A DNA stretch of 64,000 nucleotides from Hemiscyllium ocellatum (taxonomy: Eukaryota). The translations under genes and the position numbers were made by a program. The stretch lies in the NCBI RefSeq assembly GCF_020745735.1, contig NC_083421.1, positions 38,679,001-38,743,000 on the forward strand, in the 5' to 3' direction. Shown here one piece after another: positions 24,752-38,540 of this stretch (its first letter is position 1; the number at the start of each line of letters is the position of its first letter). The notes under the pieces were generated by a model that searched no databases, was not told where the DNA came from, and worked only from the letters and a program-made list of their open reading frames with translations.

Positions 24752-26887
24752 TTAATGTAGCTATTTACATTACTTACCACTTCTTACCCCAAGCCTGAAT
24801 AATGGCCAGGTCTTGCTGCAATGGTGAGAAATTATTAAATTTTAGTGTGAAGAGGGGTTTGAGTCTTCATGTATAGATTGTATTAAATGGTGCTGTAAAC
24901 TCGAGGGGTTGAAGGCCTACCTCCTGCTCCTCTTTCATCTGTTCTGATATTCTTAAAATTAACTGATCCAAAAGGCACACCTTGGTGTTGAGTAATCAGC
25001 ATCCATCCACGTTTTGAGTAGAAACTAGGCCTGGTTCTGGGCTGTAATGCCACGAGAGTCAACATTCAAAGAAATCAATAAAACAAAGAGTTTTGGATGC
25101 TGAAGATCAGAAACAAAAAACAGAAAGTAATGGAGAAACTCAGCAGGTCAGGTGGTGCTTAGAGAGAAAAGCATAGAAAACCGAGAAATCACTCTGCTGC
25201 TGGGTAAAGATCAGGAAACCGCATCAAGTCATGTTGGAATTCCAAATGTTCGAGAAAAGCAAAGACAAGAAATAGGTAAATTAAAATGTGAAGCATGTTT
25301 ACTGGTTCCATCTGAGATGTTTTTCACTGAAATCAGTGCACATGAAACTATGTTTCAGTGTTACAATTATAACTAGTCAGCAAATTCTAATGGACAGTGA
25401 ATGTGGTGCAGTAATGAACTCACAGCAGATTGCAATGTCACAGCGTAAATACACTGATCAATTGATGAACTGCTTCTTTGGCCCCAAGTCCAATGATAAC
25501 TGAGGTATTCTTGAGACCAATTCACTTCTTTAATAAAAAATGAGTGACCATGAGCAACTGTTTGAAGCTCTTATCTATAGGAAGAGCAACAAAGTGGAAC
25601 TCTGTACACAACCCTTAATAATCTAGCAAGGGAATGGGAATATAGCTAATCATTGAAGATTCTTATTTTATACATTGAGGTATTGTTTACTCGGCCATTT
25701 TTCTAACTGTGGAAGGTTTATGTTCTTCCTGTGACAAGACAATTTCATCTTGTTTTAGCATGTGAGACTTTATATTCAGCAAACAGCTTTGCTATGCTGG
25801 CCCAGTTCCCATCAGTTCCAAAGCTCAAATATATTTGTATGGAATAAGAATGTGTTTTAAGGATCGTTAAGACATTTATTACAGGACATAAGCAGAACCC
25901 TTAAACATTAGTTATAAGAACAGTTACAGGACCTAAATTGTATTACCGCTCTACCCTTGTGTGTTTGTAATATATAGAACTCTGCAGAAGCAACACCTGA
26001 ATTCAAACCACAGTCCTGTCGATCTTGTCGAAAATATTTGAGCAGCCTACGCAATAAAGCAGAAACAAATAGAGTATTTTAACTTTCAAGACTGATTTTT
26101 GCTGTACTCCCAACCATTCTGCTTATACCAGCTCAAAGCAGCACCTGGGAGACTTTGAAACAGCCACTGCTGGGACTTCGTGGTTAATTGAACAATGTTT
26201 TGAACTTCATGTAGGTGGTTTGAAATTTTTTTGTATTATAATCCCCACGCTTCTGCTCTTGGCTTGCAGGTGTTTTACAGGGCATTCAGCTGGGCAGCAA
26301 TGATCTGCTCTGTTAAGTATACCTGACGATTTTATGATTTTATTCACTGAGCAATATACCAACACGGTTATTTACAGAGTCGTGCTAATAGACCTCAGCT
26401 CGTATTGGCTGATGCTATGACTTGAATGCAACATGGTAATGTTTCTCATTTTCATGCTTATACACCATAAGCCCACACTAACTGGTGGTGGTTTGATGGG
26501 TGAAATTAGCAGCATGGTAAACTTTCACTGTGATCTAGTAAATGTTTGTATTTTGTAATGCCTTATATTCACACTTGCAGTTTTCATTTTTACAAGCTTT
26601 CAAAATATTTTGTGCTGAAATCATTTTGGGAGGTTAAGCAAATTCAATGCTTATCCCATGTTTGGCATATTTAATCTTGTGGTAGCTTGCATAATAATAA
26701 AAAAGCAATAATAATCCTGTATGTAGATTGCACTAAAGCCTGCTGTTACATGCAGTAGGAAAGGAAAAGGACTGTCCACATCCTTTATCAAAAATGATAA
26801 GGTCTGGTGATTGGGACAGGTACAATGATCCTTTGGAGTTACGTATGTGTGACTCCAGATCCCTCCCAAAAACACGCATATAATAAC

Positions 26888-27062
26888 CTTGGAGATCACA
26901 GCCGGTCAGACAGCAACCATGGAGAGAAAGCAAGGTAATGTTTTGAGTCTAGGTGATAAAGAGTCATCCAGACTCCCAACATTAGCTTGCTTTCTCTTCA
27001 TGGATGCTGCCTGATCTCTAGCAATTTTTATTTTCCATTCAGATTCCAGCATCTACAGTGAC
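26888..27062. mobile_element. Decayed palindromic Penelope-type terminal-repeat element
   Basis: ggtcagacagcaaccatggagagaaagcaaggtaatgtt vs aacattagcttgctttctcttcatggatgctgcctga; tail cagattccagcatctacagt. Confidence 0.65.
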
Positions 27063-28526
27063 TTGCACCTACTCATAATAACCCCCTGGTGTGTAGTGGA
27101 GCCTCTGACAGCAGGTGGCGATATTGAGGGAGAACAAGGAGTAAGAGAGCTGTTTGGCCCTTTTGCCCACTTGCTGCAGGGAAAAGTGAGGTGTCATTGA
27201 CAAGTTTATGAGAGTATACAAATGCCAAGAAACAGAGAAGCAAGGTTTCTTCTTGTTTGTTATGAGAACTCTAAGTATCACATTCCTGCGAAGGTTGCTG
27301 CTGTTGCTAGGCTGGAGTGAACACACATGATTGAGGCAGACAATAGGAAAAATTTCTCTGCAGCTAATAGTGTCTGAACTGAATGCTTGAAAGTGACACT
27401 TGATAGACAAACATGATTGAATTTCCATGACTCTTAAATGTAAACAAAAAGCTAAAAATGCATTTTAAAAGGTTGAACTAGCTTCATGTTCAATGGGTTG
27501 CTGATTTTGCTTCTCATGGTCAGTGAGTGCTTGTGAAGTGTCTGTTTTTGGTAAGATAATTTTTTTTTGAAGTAGCAGAATTTGCAGCCCATGTTCTGAA
27601 CTAATATTCACATTTTAATAGTATTGTGGTTTTTCGATTCATGTAAAAGTGTTCAGGAACCCAGTTTGCAAGCTTTGATTGTAATCATAATTGTGTCATA
27701 TGGGAAACATGGTTTCTGTTAGTGTCTTATTCATGTGCAGGAGAACCAAATAGCGAAGGATGTTTATCATCAAAAACAATTTAATGATTGTTACAGTAGA
27801 GTCGAAAGCAAGTTTCTAGCATGAAAGATTGAAAAAAGTATGCTACGACTTCTTTATTTGTTGCAATGCATTAAATTTCCATCAAGTAGAGAATAAGAGC
27901 ATTACTATGAATCATGATAAAAATATCACAGACCATCTCAATAACTGACCTTTTACACTTACTGATAGCGCATACATTTTAGGAAGGTATAAATCTCCTT
28001 TTCATTTTTTGAAAATGCAATGGATAAACTTTACATCAGCTCAATGATCTAGTCTCATGTATGAGATCAAAGCAGTTCTAGTCAAGCTACAACTTGCTTG
28101 CCCTGTGCAAGTCGTTATATTTCACACGTTGCAGCATCCTGTGAAGAGCATTCAGACAGCACTTGCACATCAAGTTGAATGATCGTTAACTGCAAAAGTA
28201 AGTCGATTTGCAATGAGCAGAAACTTTACTGTTAGTGTAATATGTTTCCCGTTAAAATAATGGCATAGGGAAAAATAGTTTCACTTCCTTTACAAATCAT
28301 TGTTAGTCATTTTAATTGATTTATTGCACACACATCAAGGATTACAGTTAATCTGAAGTCAACAAACCGATACTTCCAAGATAAGGCCAGTATGATATCC
28401 TCTGCATTCCTCTGCAGCATGCAGGCCTAGCCTAAAAATACAAGAGAATGCCAACTCTTGCAGTCAGCCCGTCAGAAATCAACTATTAGTCCCTGCACTT
28501 CCTGGCTGCTGGCCAAACAAATTAGA

Positions 28527-28643
28527 TTACCTATAGAGTGGAAACAGGCCCTTCGGCAAACCCCACACAGGCAGTTGCCCAAGGCCAGAATCAAACCTGG
28601 GACCCTGGTGCTGTGAGGTAGCAGTGCTAACCACTGAGCCACC
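28527..28643 (-). mobile_element. HE1-type SINE, internally deleted
   Basis: Head ggtggctcagtggttagcactgctacctcacagcaccagg and tail gaagggcctgtttccactctata on the minus strand. Confidence 0.75.
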
Positions 28644-29377
28644 TGGCTGCCTGAAACACAGCCAAAAAACGCCCAGCTTCAAATTCCTTTACCTACGCTG
28701 TTAAATTGAGAAATAGCCAATCTTTTTTAGCCTGCACTCACATGCCCTTCTCTGATTCTTGGGTTTAAGGAGGATTAAGCACTTTTTGATGGATGACATT
28801 ACTGTGAATAACTCAAGTCCTTTAACATGTGGGCATATAAGTCAATGGGATGAAAGACACGCAGGTTTCCTGCGATTCTTGTCATAAAGGAAAACAATTC
28901 TGTATTCCTTTCATCTGATGCAACATGGTTTGAAGACAAAATGTACAAATTCTTGAGAATGTCCTTGATAAGACCACAATTTGCTGCAATCAGCAAGAGT
29001 GATGATGAAAAGAGTGTGATGGTTATTTGTAAATTTTTGCCTCAGTGTAGCAACAGGGAGATTCGGATCAGCTGCGATTGCAAGCACAAAATGTGGTTGC
29101 ATATTCCTGGTACTGTTGTGTCAGTAAGGGGGCACTGTCAAAGAGTGAATAATTGTTGAGAAAGTTCACCAAAAGCTATCGAAACATTCACATCATATAT
29201 AATTCTGACTAATGTTCTAATATTACACAAACATTTCTCTCCATAGATTCTGCCACACCTGCTGAATATTTGTCACTTTCTGTTTTTAAAACTTTCTCAA
29301 CTTTACTTTTTCAGTCCTGCAGCTAGGAGCAGTATTACACCAGTTGTGACACAAGAATCTAACGTAGGCAAAACCTT

Positions 29378-31990
29378 CCACAAATTTTACTAGAAATTGG
29401 CTGTGTTGATTTTGGCGAGTTTCATGAAGGGTTTCTCTCCTTCGACCCTGACGAGATTTCTCATGGTTTTTCTCACCTCCTGAACAACACATCATGCTTC
29501 GACACATCAACACATCATGTCCCACTCACCATCCCTTTCACCTGAAGCACTGCCTCTGCTATGCCTGGACGTAGGAACATAGGAATCATGAGCAGGAGGA
29601 GGTAATTCAGCCTTTCAAGCCCACTCTGCCATTTAACATGATCATGGCTAATCTTGTCCTGATTTCAACTCCATTTCCTAGCTGCTCCCTATAGCCTCTA
29701 ACACCACCTTTGACCAGAAACATATCTATTCCTTTCTTGAATCTGTTGATTGATTCTGCTTCCAATGCACTCTGGGGCAGTGAGTTCCACAGAGTCACAA
29801 CCCTTTGAGAGAAGGAGATTCTCTTCATTTCAATTTTGAACCTACCTCCTCTCACTCTATATCCATGACCTGTTGTTTGAGACTATCCCTCAAGAGAGAA
29901 CTTCTGTTTAACATCCACCTTATGAATCTCCTTTAGCATTTTATATAATTCAAACAGATTCCCCTTCATTCTTCTGAACTCCAGCGCATACAAACCCAAG
30001 CTCCTTATACACAGTCCTTTCACCTCTGGAATCAAGCTGGTGGGCCTACTGGGACTCCCAGCACCAACGCCATTGTTGAAACCCAGTTGTCAACCAGGTA
30101 ATATGCTACCAGCTAGTAGTTGTCCTTCACCATGTACATAATGGGAGGGGATCTAAAATCAAACACTCCTCAGGGCATACCTATGACACATTGGGCACGT
30201 CATTGCGAATTGAAGTGCCCATTTGCTGCTTTTTAAGAAGCAACCTCATCAGGTTGGCCATCCTTAGACTCATTCCATTTCAGAATGCTAGTGGAGTGCT
30301 ACTCCTTCTCTAATGTCCACTGCAACTTTTTACTTTTATTCAATGTAATAGAAAGCTTCATATGGTAAAAATGAACGATAAACAAACAGAGAGAAGCTAC
30401 ATTTACTTGTAGGAACAGATGGGGATTACTTGTCGTTTGAGCACCAACAAGTTCACAATCAATGATTAATCACTGCACCCAACTACTGCTGGAACCAGGT
30501 GTCCGTTCAGCCTTGTCTAGTTTGTTTTGCCTGACATTGCATCTCTCTATCATGTCGTCCTGCTCAGCGTCCTCACCTAACTTCTCAGAAGATTGCTAGC
30601 GTTCTCCTAGCTTTTTAAAATCCATCCTCATGTTGCCAACTCCAGTTGGATAGAGAATGGCATGCTAGGAATATTCCGAGGCACACTCTGTCTGGAAAGT
30701 ACTGCAAAGAGCCCCAGACACACCCAAACACTGGAACCACATCTTCAGGAGGCCTATCATCTTCTCCATGATGACCCTAGTTGAATAATGTGCTGCATTG
30801 TATCTATGCTTATGTTTCAGTCAGAGGATTTACATAACAGGCTCATTAGCCATGGTTGCAGAGGGTGGCCCAGTAGTCATCCCTGTGGCACCTCTGGCCT
30901 GGGAACTGAAGCAGGCACCCAAGAGTCCTCTAGGATATAGGCACGGTTGCAGCTCCTTGGATACCTGGTATAGGTATTGAAGATGTGACACCAAAGATCA
31001 CAAAAGACTTGCACATTGATGGTGGAATCCTATTCTGATCATAAAGTCAAGTGCAAAATGATATTTCCCTCTCCATATAAAGTGTGTACAGTCTATAGCA
31101 CCCTGCACCTGGAGGAAGCCAGCTATGTTGCCAATGCCCGCATTGCAATGCTCACCATATGACGATATGAGATGAAATGCTGTAATCTGGCACAAATTGC
31201 ATCAGTAACAGCCTTGATACATTTGTGGATCTTAAGTTGTGAGATCTCACACTGGTCCCTAGTGCATCCTTGGAAGGATCTAGTTCCACAAAGATTTGGT
31301 GCAGCGGTCACCTTGACAGTCACTGGGTTAAGATGGCCACCCTCTCCTTCAGTTTGCAGCTTGAACTCCTTTTCATTGGCTTAATTCACTGATAGTGTTT
31401 AGGGCATCCACAATGTGTACCAATGCTATGCCTTGCCCATCTGGATGGCATGGAAGATGATAGACTCTGGACCTCCTGTACCTACTGCATATCTTGAGGC
31501 TTCTTCAACTGCAGTGTCTTCATGGGAAGGCTGTTCAATGGCCAATGGAGGTTGCTGCTGATTCTGCCAACACTTTTGCTCGTCCTCCATTTCTCTCTGC
31601 CTTGGTTGCATGGCAACAACAATGATGATCATCTCTGCTCTAGCTGGATCCATTAATAATGGTTCCAATTGAGCCGTGCGAGGAATATAAGAAACAGAAG
31701 AGGTTCTTAGTCATGTGAGCAGTAAGCATTTGCATCACTCACAAATAATGATTTAATACTCATTATACCCAGGAATACTCCTTCATTCAGCAAGACATGG
31801 AAGTCTCTGTCCAGGAAGGTCATGAAATGTCTCGACATGGACACATCATGAAAAGACAGTAGGAGATTGTAAGTGCTGTATGATTACAGATATCTTGTCT
31901 ACCCGTTCCCAAATCACCCAGTGAAAGTAACATTGCGAATGAGAGCACATTGGCGAATATTTACAATTTAAGGTGGAAGAAGCTCAGCTC
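29378..31990 (-). mobile_element. PIF/Harbinger DNA transposon remnant; HARBI1-like DDE transposase pseudogene at about 30630-31380
   Basis: VKVTAAPNLCGTRSFQG..EISQLKIHKCIKAVTDA, AGFLQVQGAIDCTH, RYPRSC, PWLM, RYNAAHYSTRVIMEKMIGLLKMWFQCL; outer limits approximate. Confidence 0.8.
29575..30050 (-). mobile_element. CR1 LINE 3' end nested in a Harbinger element
   Basis: ORF 29607..29855 FSQRVVTLWNSLPQ..; (ttcctatg) tail. Confidence 0.85.
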
Positions 31991-32537
31991 CATGCTTTTG
32001 TGCAGCCTAAAGAAATCCTGGAGAATGGTTCTGTCATTAACCTGTTCAGAGATGTCATTACACACCTCCAGGGACCAGAATCCAAGCCTCCTGCCTCAAA
32101 GATAGGGAAGCTACCACTGCAGCACTACAGCCCATAGAGAGATCTTGGGTTATCTTTTTAATAGTGACCAGCAGATGCCACTTTTAAGATCGCCTGTGAT
32201 TACGATTCTTCACAGAGATGTCCATGTTCAATCTGCATTGACTAAGAACATGATCAAGACTATTTATGTCCAGGATTTCTTTCCATCAGTTTGATATGCA
32301 GGGTATAATGACTATAGATGACCTTAATCTGTACTATTTAATGCAATTGCCCTTTGAAGGGTTTCACTTCACTCACAAACAGAAGCCACGTGCTGAGATA
32401 GTTTATATTGTGTTGAATGCCCCAGCTGAGACCATAACAAAATCTAACACCATTCCCGATCTCACGTCAGCTTCTTTAAGCCTCATGAGATAATGATCAG
32501 AGATATATAGCATTGTACTTAACTTAGATTTTCAAGG

Positions 32538-33295
32538 CGTGGGAAAGCAAATCTTAGCAGGACTTATACACTTAATGGTAAATCCTTGGGAGTGTTGCTG
32601 AACAAAGAGACCTTGGAGTGCAGATTCATAGCTCTTTGAAAGTGGAATCACAGGTAGATAAGATAGTGAAGAAAGCGTTTGATATGCTTTCCTTTATTGG
32701 TCAGAGTATTGAGTGCAGGAGTTGGGAGGTCATGTTGCGGCTGTACAGGACATTGGTTATGCCACTGTTGGAATATTGTGTGCAATTCTGGTCTCCTTCC
32801 TATCAGAAAGATGTTGTGAAACTTGAAAGGGTTCAGAAAAGATTTACAAGGATGTTGCCAGAGTTGGAGGATTTGATCTTAGGGAGAAGTTGGATAGGCT
32901 AGTGCTGTTTTCCCTTGAGCGTCGAAGACTGAGGGGTGACCTTATAGAGGTTTATAAAATCCTGAGGGGCATGGATAGGATAAATAGACAATGTCTTTTC
33001 CCTTGGGTAGGGGAGTCCAGACCTAGAGGGCATAGGTTTAGGGTGAGAGGGGAAAGATATAAAAGACACCGAAGAGGAAACTTTTTCACACAGAGGGTGG
33101 TACATGAATGGAATGAGCTGCCAGAGGAAGTGGTGGAGGCTGGTACAATTGCAACATTTAAAAGGCATCTGGATGGGTATATGAATAGGAAGGGTTTGGA
33201 GGGATGTGGGCCAGGTGCTGTTAGGTGGGACTAGATCGGGTTGGACGAAGGGTCTGTTTCCATGCTGTACATCTCTATGACTCAATGACTCTATA
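32538..33295 (+). mobile_element. CR1 (HER1-type) LINE 3' fragment, relatively young
   Basis: ORFs 32618..32902 and 32890..33234; closely similar to 45852-46626; (ctatgact)n tail. Confidence 0.95.
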
Positions 33296-34719
33296 AGTAA
33301 CCCAACCCTAATAAAGGAGAGCAAATTTTAATATTTTAATTTTTTCACTTGGGAGCTGTAAGAGATCAAAATTAACTCTGGCTAATTAATAAGTAGCATT
33401 ATGATGAGCAGGGTAACTACATCATCCCATTTAACAACACTTTACATTAATAGAGCCAAACTGAAGAACTATTCACAGCACATCCTATTTGTACATTAAT
33501 ACCCAGCAACATAATGTTTCCTAATATTAAAGTTCTGTTGGGAATTCTTTAAATAAAGAGACTTACAGCATTTAAGTTGAAAGGAAAAATATAAACCTAA
33601 AAATTAATAGCCAACTATCTAGAAGGAATAAGATATGCAGACATGGATGAGGTCCTAACTTGAAACTGAGACCTGTTTAAAATGATAATGGAGGACAAGT
33701 CCATGATAATATGAATGAAGTGGGAAAATGTTTAATATTACCAAGAAATGATTGTGGGAAAGAGACAGAGTGGAAACCTGTTTAAAATCACAAAGGGGAC
33801 CTGACCTCCTTCACACATGTAAAATAGAAACTCTTATAACTTGTAAATAAACAATCACTGTAAACAGAGAGGAGAACTGTTTTAAAAGTTAAAGAGGGAT
33901 GATTATTGTCAAAGGTACAATAGGGAGGAACTGATTAGCCTTTTAAAGAATTCAATTGCTGTAAAATGCACAGACGAGACTTGTCTAGTTACATGTAATG
34001 ATAAAGTATAATAATGGTTTCAGGTAATTCATAAGACAACTAGGAGTCCTGAGTATCCAACTAGATCATAGCGTGTAAATGTGTAAAATGAACACAACTG
34101 GGGAGATGGAAAATAGTCTCTTCACAAGCTGTGACCCTTGTTTGTACTTGTCTAATAAACTTGACTCATTTGGACCTTCAGCCACTTCATCTCTAGTGCC
34201 ACTTGAGGACTGTATTAGAATTTATAACATTGATTGCATTTTAAGAAAGAATACTCTAATATCCCAGCATTTTTGTTTATTACATTTGTAAATACATATA
34301 CATTGGACTAAAAGTAATGAATAGCTATATCAGAGTTTGATTTTGTACCCTAAGGTAGTCACCAGTTACAGCTAGATTTTATTTATGACTGTAGGGTGCT
34401 CTGCCAGCTGTCGGAAACTCGAGTGTCAACTCTGGTAGTGGGTGAGATTGTGTATTTGACCCCTGGGACTTTCCTTGAGATAACCACGCTGGGTTTCACA
34501 TGAAGCAACATTATGAAGCATTAATGCAACTGTTAGGACAAAGAGTTGATTAAATTGGTGGCAAAGTGAAACAATTGATTATGATTGATATTTAACTCAA
34601 ACGAGTAGCTTAGAATGGCAAAATGTAGGTATGAGCACATCCTTGAAGCATGATGAGAAATGCAGCCAATATGTAGGAATGATGGGATATGTTTTCATTA
34701 AAGGTTTGGGTAAAGAGTT

Positions 34720-35568
34720 ATGTACAGGAAAGCCACACAAACCAGCCAGGTCCTGAACTACAACAGCAACTACCCAAACACACACAAGAGAAGCCTCATT
34801 AGGACCCTGTTCATAAGGGCTACAGCACTCTGCAGCACTCCGGACCTACAAAGGGAAGAAGAAGAACACCCCTATAGAGTATTCAACAAGAACGACATCC
34901 TCGCAACTTCATCCGCAAATGCAGAACAGACAAACAACACGACAAGGATATGCCACACCTAACTCACTAGACACGCTACCTTATATAAAAAACCTCTCAG
35001 AACTGACAGCCAGCTTTCTCCATTCACTCAGGTTCATGACAGCCATAAACTGACAGCCACCAGGACAAAATACCCGATACCCATCATGTGCAAGACCAAT
35101 GTAATTTAAAGGATTCCACGCAAAGATTGGATAAAACACTATGTAGGGCAAACAGGCAGACAACTACCAATCCTCATCCACGAACACCAACTAACCACTA
35201 AACGCCAAGACCAGCTGTCCCGAGTATCCATACACACAGATAACAGGAACCACAAATTCGACCGCGACAACACAATGATCATAGGTCAAGCTAAACAGAG
35301 GACAGCCAGAGATTTCTAGAGGCATGGCACTCAGCCATGGACTCCATCAACAAGCACATTGACCTCAACCCAATATACTGGCTGCTACAATGAGCAACCG
35401 GAACCGGCCAACCGGAAGCAGCAGGAATGGAACCAAATAAATTCCAGGAGTCACAGTACAGCAGTGCTTCACAGGAGGCTCAAAAGCACTGGAGATGTCA
35501 CTTAAATAGCAGAGGAAATGTCTGCAAATCAATTTCCCAACTCAGCGAACATACCCACAACCACAATA
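34720..35568 (+). mobile_element. Penelope-like element (RT C-terminus plus GIY-YIG), decayed
   Basis: YRKATQTSQVLNYNSNYPNTHKRSLIRTLF..RA, HYVGQTGRQLPILIHEHQL; pLTR with mutated HHR gcactggagatgtcac..gaaatgtctgc. Confidence 0.88.
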
Positions 35569-35770
35569 TATTTCCATTGCTGCGGGAACTTAGCTCAGAA
35601 TATAAGTTGTAAAATGTAACAATCTACCCAAGGCTGAATGGCACCTTTAAGGTGATAAGAATGGAAATGGGGCGAGGGGGCTGGAATGTAGAGTTATAGT
35701 GTTCATAATGCTTCACAGGGTTAATGAGGACATGAAAGAGACAGCTTTGACTGGTATGCCTTTGTTTATT

Positions 35771-35961
35771 AGAGTAAAAAGTGAGGTCTGCAGATGCTGG
35801 AGATCAGAGCTGAAAATGTGTTGCTGCTTAAAGCGCAGCACGTCAAGCAGCATCCAAGGAACAGGAAATTCGAAGTTTCGGGCAAAAGCCGAAACGTCAA
35901 ATTTCCTGTTCCTTGGATGCTGCCTGACTTGCTGCGCTTTAACCAGCAACACATTTTCAGC
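35771..35961 (-). mobile_element. ORF-less palindromic Penelope-type element, centre deleted
   Basis: 74-bp arms 35808-35881 and 35889-35962 with 5 mismatches; TSD tgcctttgtttatt 35757-35770 / tgtctttgtttatt 35962-35975. Confidence 0.85.
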
Positions 35962-37236
35962 TGTCTTTGTTTATTGATAGGGATATATGATGTAAATGCT
36001 AAGATAGTCGATGACAAGTGAACTGTAAATCATTTTAACTCTACGTTGTCATGCTGACAGAGTTTTGAGAAGAAACCTAGATGGACTTGCACCAAGCCTG
36101 TCTCCAACTATATACTTAAATCAAGTCTGTAATATCTGTCACCATGATTCAAAAATGGCTGTCTTAAAATCACCACAACAGTTACAGAGGAGTGATGCAA
36201 CCTATTGCTGCAGCTGTGCTGGTTTTCAGGCCCTCTGCCCAATTCATCCGTGCCAACCAGATTTCCCAAATTGAACTTCCCATTTGCATGTGTTTGGTCC
36301 ATATCCCTGTAAATCTTTCCTATCCACGATTCACGTCGATTTACGTTGTTGAAAGCACACCATAAGTTAAATTTTCCTATAGCTTTTCTCTTTACTCTCT
36401 GCTTTGTTCTGTGAAGACTTTGATGCCTTGCTGGCAGTCACTTTCTGTTACTGGGTCCCCTTCAGTATTTCAACCAAGTGACATTTGAACCTAAGTTGGT
36501 GATGGGCTGTTCAGCCACAGAGAGAATCATGCTTTTTTTTAAATGTTCTTGGGCTCTTGAAGATGCACCTGTTCCGCATCCACACTTCTCCCTGAGAAGG
36601 CAGAATTGGACATTCCCTTTCAAACACTTTAGTCCTGTGACAGTAGATTTCCCCTGACTGTATACCAATCAGTATTACACAAAACTGTCAAAATGTGGTG
36701 GTGATGGAGAATGTGGAATTTGAGTCTAATGTCAGAGGCAGAGACAAACCCATTTTCAGTCAGTAACCACATTTGCATTAGAGATTACAGGCTAATATAT
36801 ACCAGTGGGAACTCTCTACTTTCATATTCATTCATCCAAGGATACTTTGATTGCCAGTTTGATACATTAAAAGGCTTGGACTTCGGTTAATGTTTCAGCA
36901 TAGGACAATGAAATTAATTTCATTGCGTTTTCTGTATCTCTGTGGGATTCCTTGTATGTCACCTGGGTTACAGTTAAGTGTCTTTGATTGACATAAGAAT
37001 CATAACCTTAGTGTGAAGGGCGACCCATTTAAAATAGAAATGAGCTGCAATTTTGTCTCTCATGTCGTGCTGTGTATTTGCATAGAATGGAGACACACCT
37101 CAGCAAACCTGATGTTGGAGACACATTGCCCAATATATTTAAAAAATTGAAAAACAATCAGGCAGTTTTTAAGATATTTAGCAAATCCTCATGTCAGGTT
37201 TATATCTGAGGGACAAGTTAATCTATCTCCAACATA

Positions 37237-38540
37237 CGTTCATAGAGTTATAGAACTGTACAGCATGGAAACAGACCCCTTGGTCCAAACTGTCCATGCT
37301 GAGCAGATTAACCTAATCCCATTTGCCAGCATTTGGCCAATATCCCTCTAAACCTTCCTATACTCATCCAGATGCCTTATAAATGTTGTAATTGTACCAG
37401 TCTCCATCATTTCCTCTGGCAGCTCAATCAATACGTACACCACCCTCTGTGTGAAAACATTGCCCTTTAGGTACCTTTTAAATCTTTTCACTCTCATCTT
37501 AAAACTATGCCCTCTAGCTTTGGACTCCCCCACCCCAGGGAAAACACCTTGTCTATTTAGCCTATCCAAGCCCCTCATGAATTTATAAACTTCTATAAAG
37601 TCACCCCTCAGCCTCTGACGCTCCAGATCAATTAGCACGGTGGCAGAGGTGGGTGGCACGGTTGCACAGTGGTGAGCACTGCTACCTCACAGTGCCAGAG
37701 ACCTGGGTTCAATTCCCGCCTCAGGCAACTGTCTGTGTGGAGTTTGCACATTCTCCCTGTGTCTGTGTGGGTTTCCTCCGGGTGCTCCAGTTTCCTCCCA
37801 CAGTCCAAAAGTGTGCAGGTTAGGTGAATTGGCCTTGCTAACTTGCCCGTAGTGTTAGGTGGGGGGGGAATGGGTCTGGGTGGGTTGCTTTTTGGTGGGT
37901 CGGTGTGGACTTGTTGGGCCGAAGGGCCTGTTTCCACACTGTAAGCAATCTAATCAGCCTGTCTGATAGTTCAACCTTTGCAACATCCTTGTAAATCTTT
38001 TCTGAACACATTCAAGATTCACAATATCCTTTGTATAGCAAGGAGATGAAAATTGCACACAGTATTTCAAAAGTGGCCTAATCAATGTCCTGTATAACCA
38101 CAACATGACTTCAAAACATTTACCTAAATTAAACTCCATCTGCCATTCCTCAACCCATTTGCCCATCTGATCGCAGTCCCGTTGTATACTGAGGTAACCT
38201 TCTTGACTGTCCGCTACACCTCCAATTTTGATGCCATCTGCAAGCTTACTAACTATGCCTCCTAGGTTCACATCCAAATCATTTATATAAATGACGAACA
38301 GCAGTGAACCCGGCACTGAGCCTTGTTACACACTGTTGCTCACATGCCTTCAATCTGTAAAGCAACCCTCCACCACCACCCTCTGTCTTCTAGCTTTGAG
38401 TCAGTTCTGTATCCAACTGACTAGTTCTCCCTGTATCCCTTATGATCTAACCTTCCTAACCAGTCTACCATGAGGAACCACTCTGCCCTCATCAATCCTC
38501 TTTGTTCATTCTTCAAAACAATCAATCAAGTTAACATGTT
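37237..38540 (-). mobile_element. CR1 LINE 3' fragment interrupted by an HE1 SINE
   Basis: ORFs 37954..38316 (LLFVIYINDL, KLADGIKIGG) and 37348..37659 (RLRGDFIEVYKFM). Confidence 0.9.
37650..37954 (+). mobile_element. HE1-type SINE, full length
   Basis: A/B boxes (gggttcaattccc), core body, tail ggacttgttgggccgaagggcctgtttccacactgta(aatct)n. Confidence 0.92.

Noticed and set aside
28135-28197. 63-nt exon candidate with a strong gtaagt donor
   Set aside because: Stop codons in all three frames; no support as a coding exon.
34399-34445. Small exon candidate (ctgtag..gtgaga)
   Set aside because: Peptides unrecognised and the signals are of chance strength.
35699-36021. Four similar ORFs on opposite strands
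   Set aside because: Produced by the palindromic element's symmetry.
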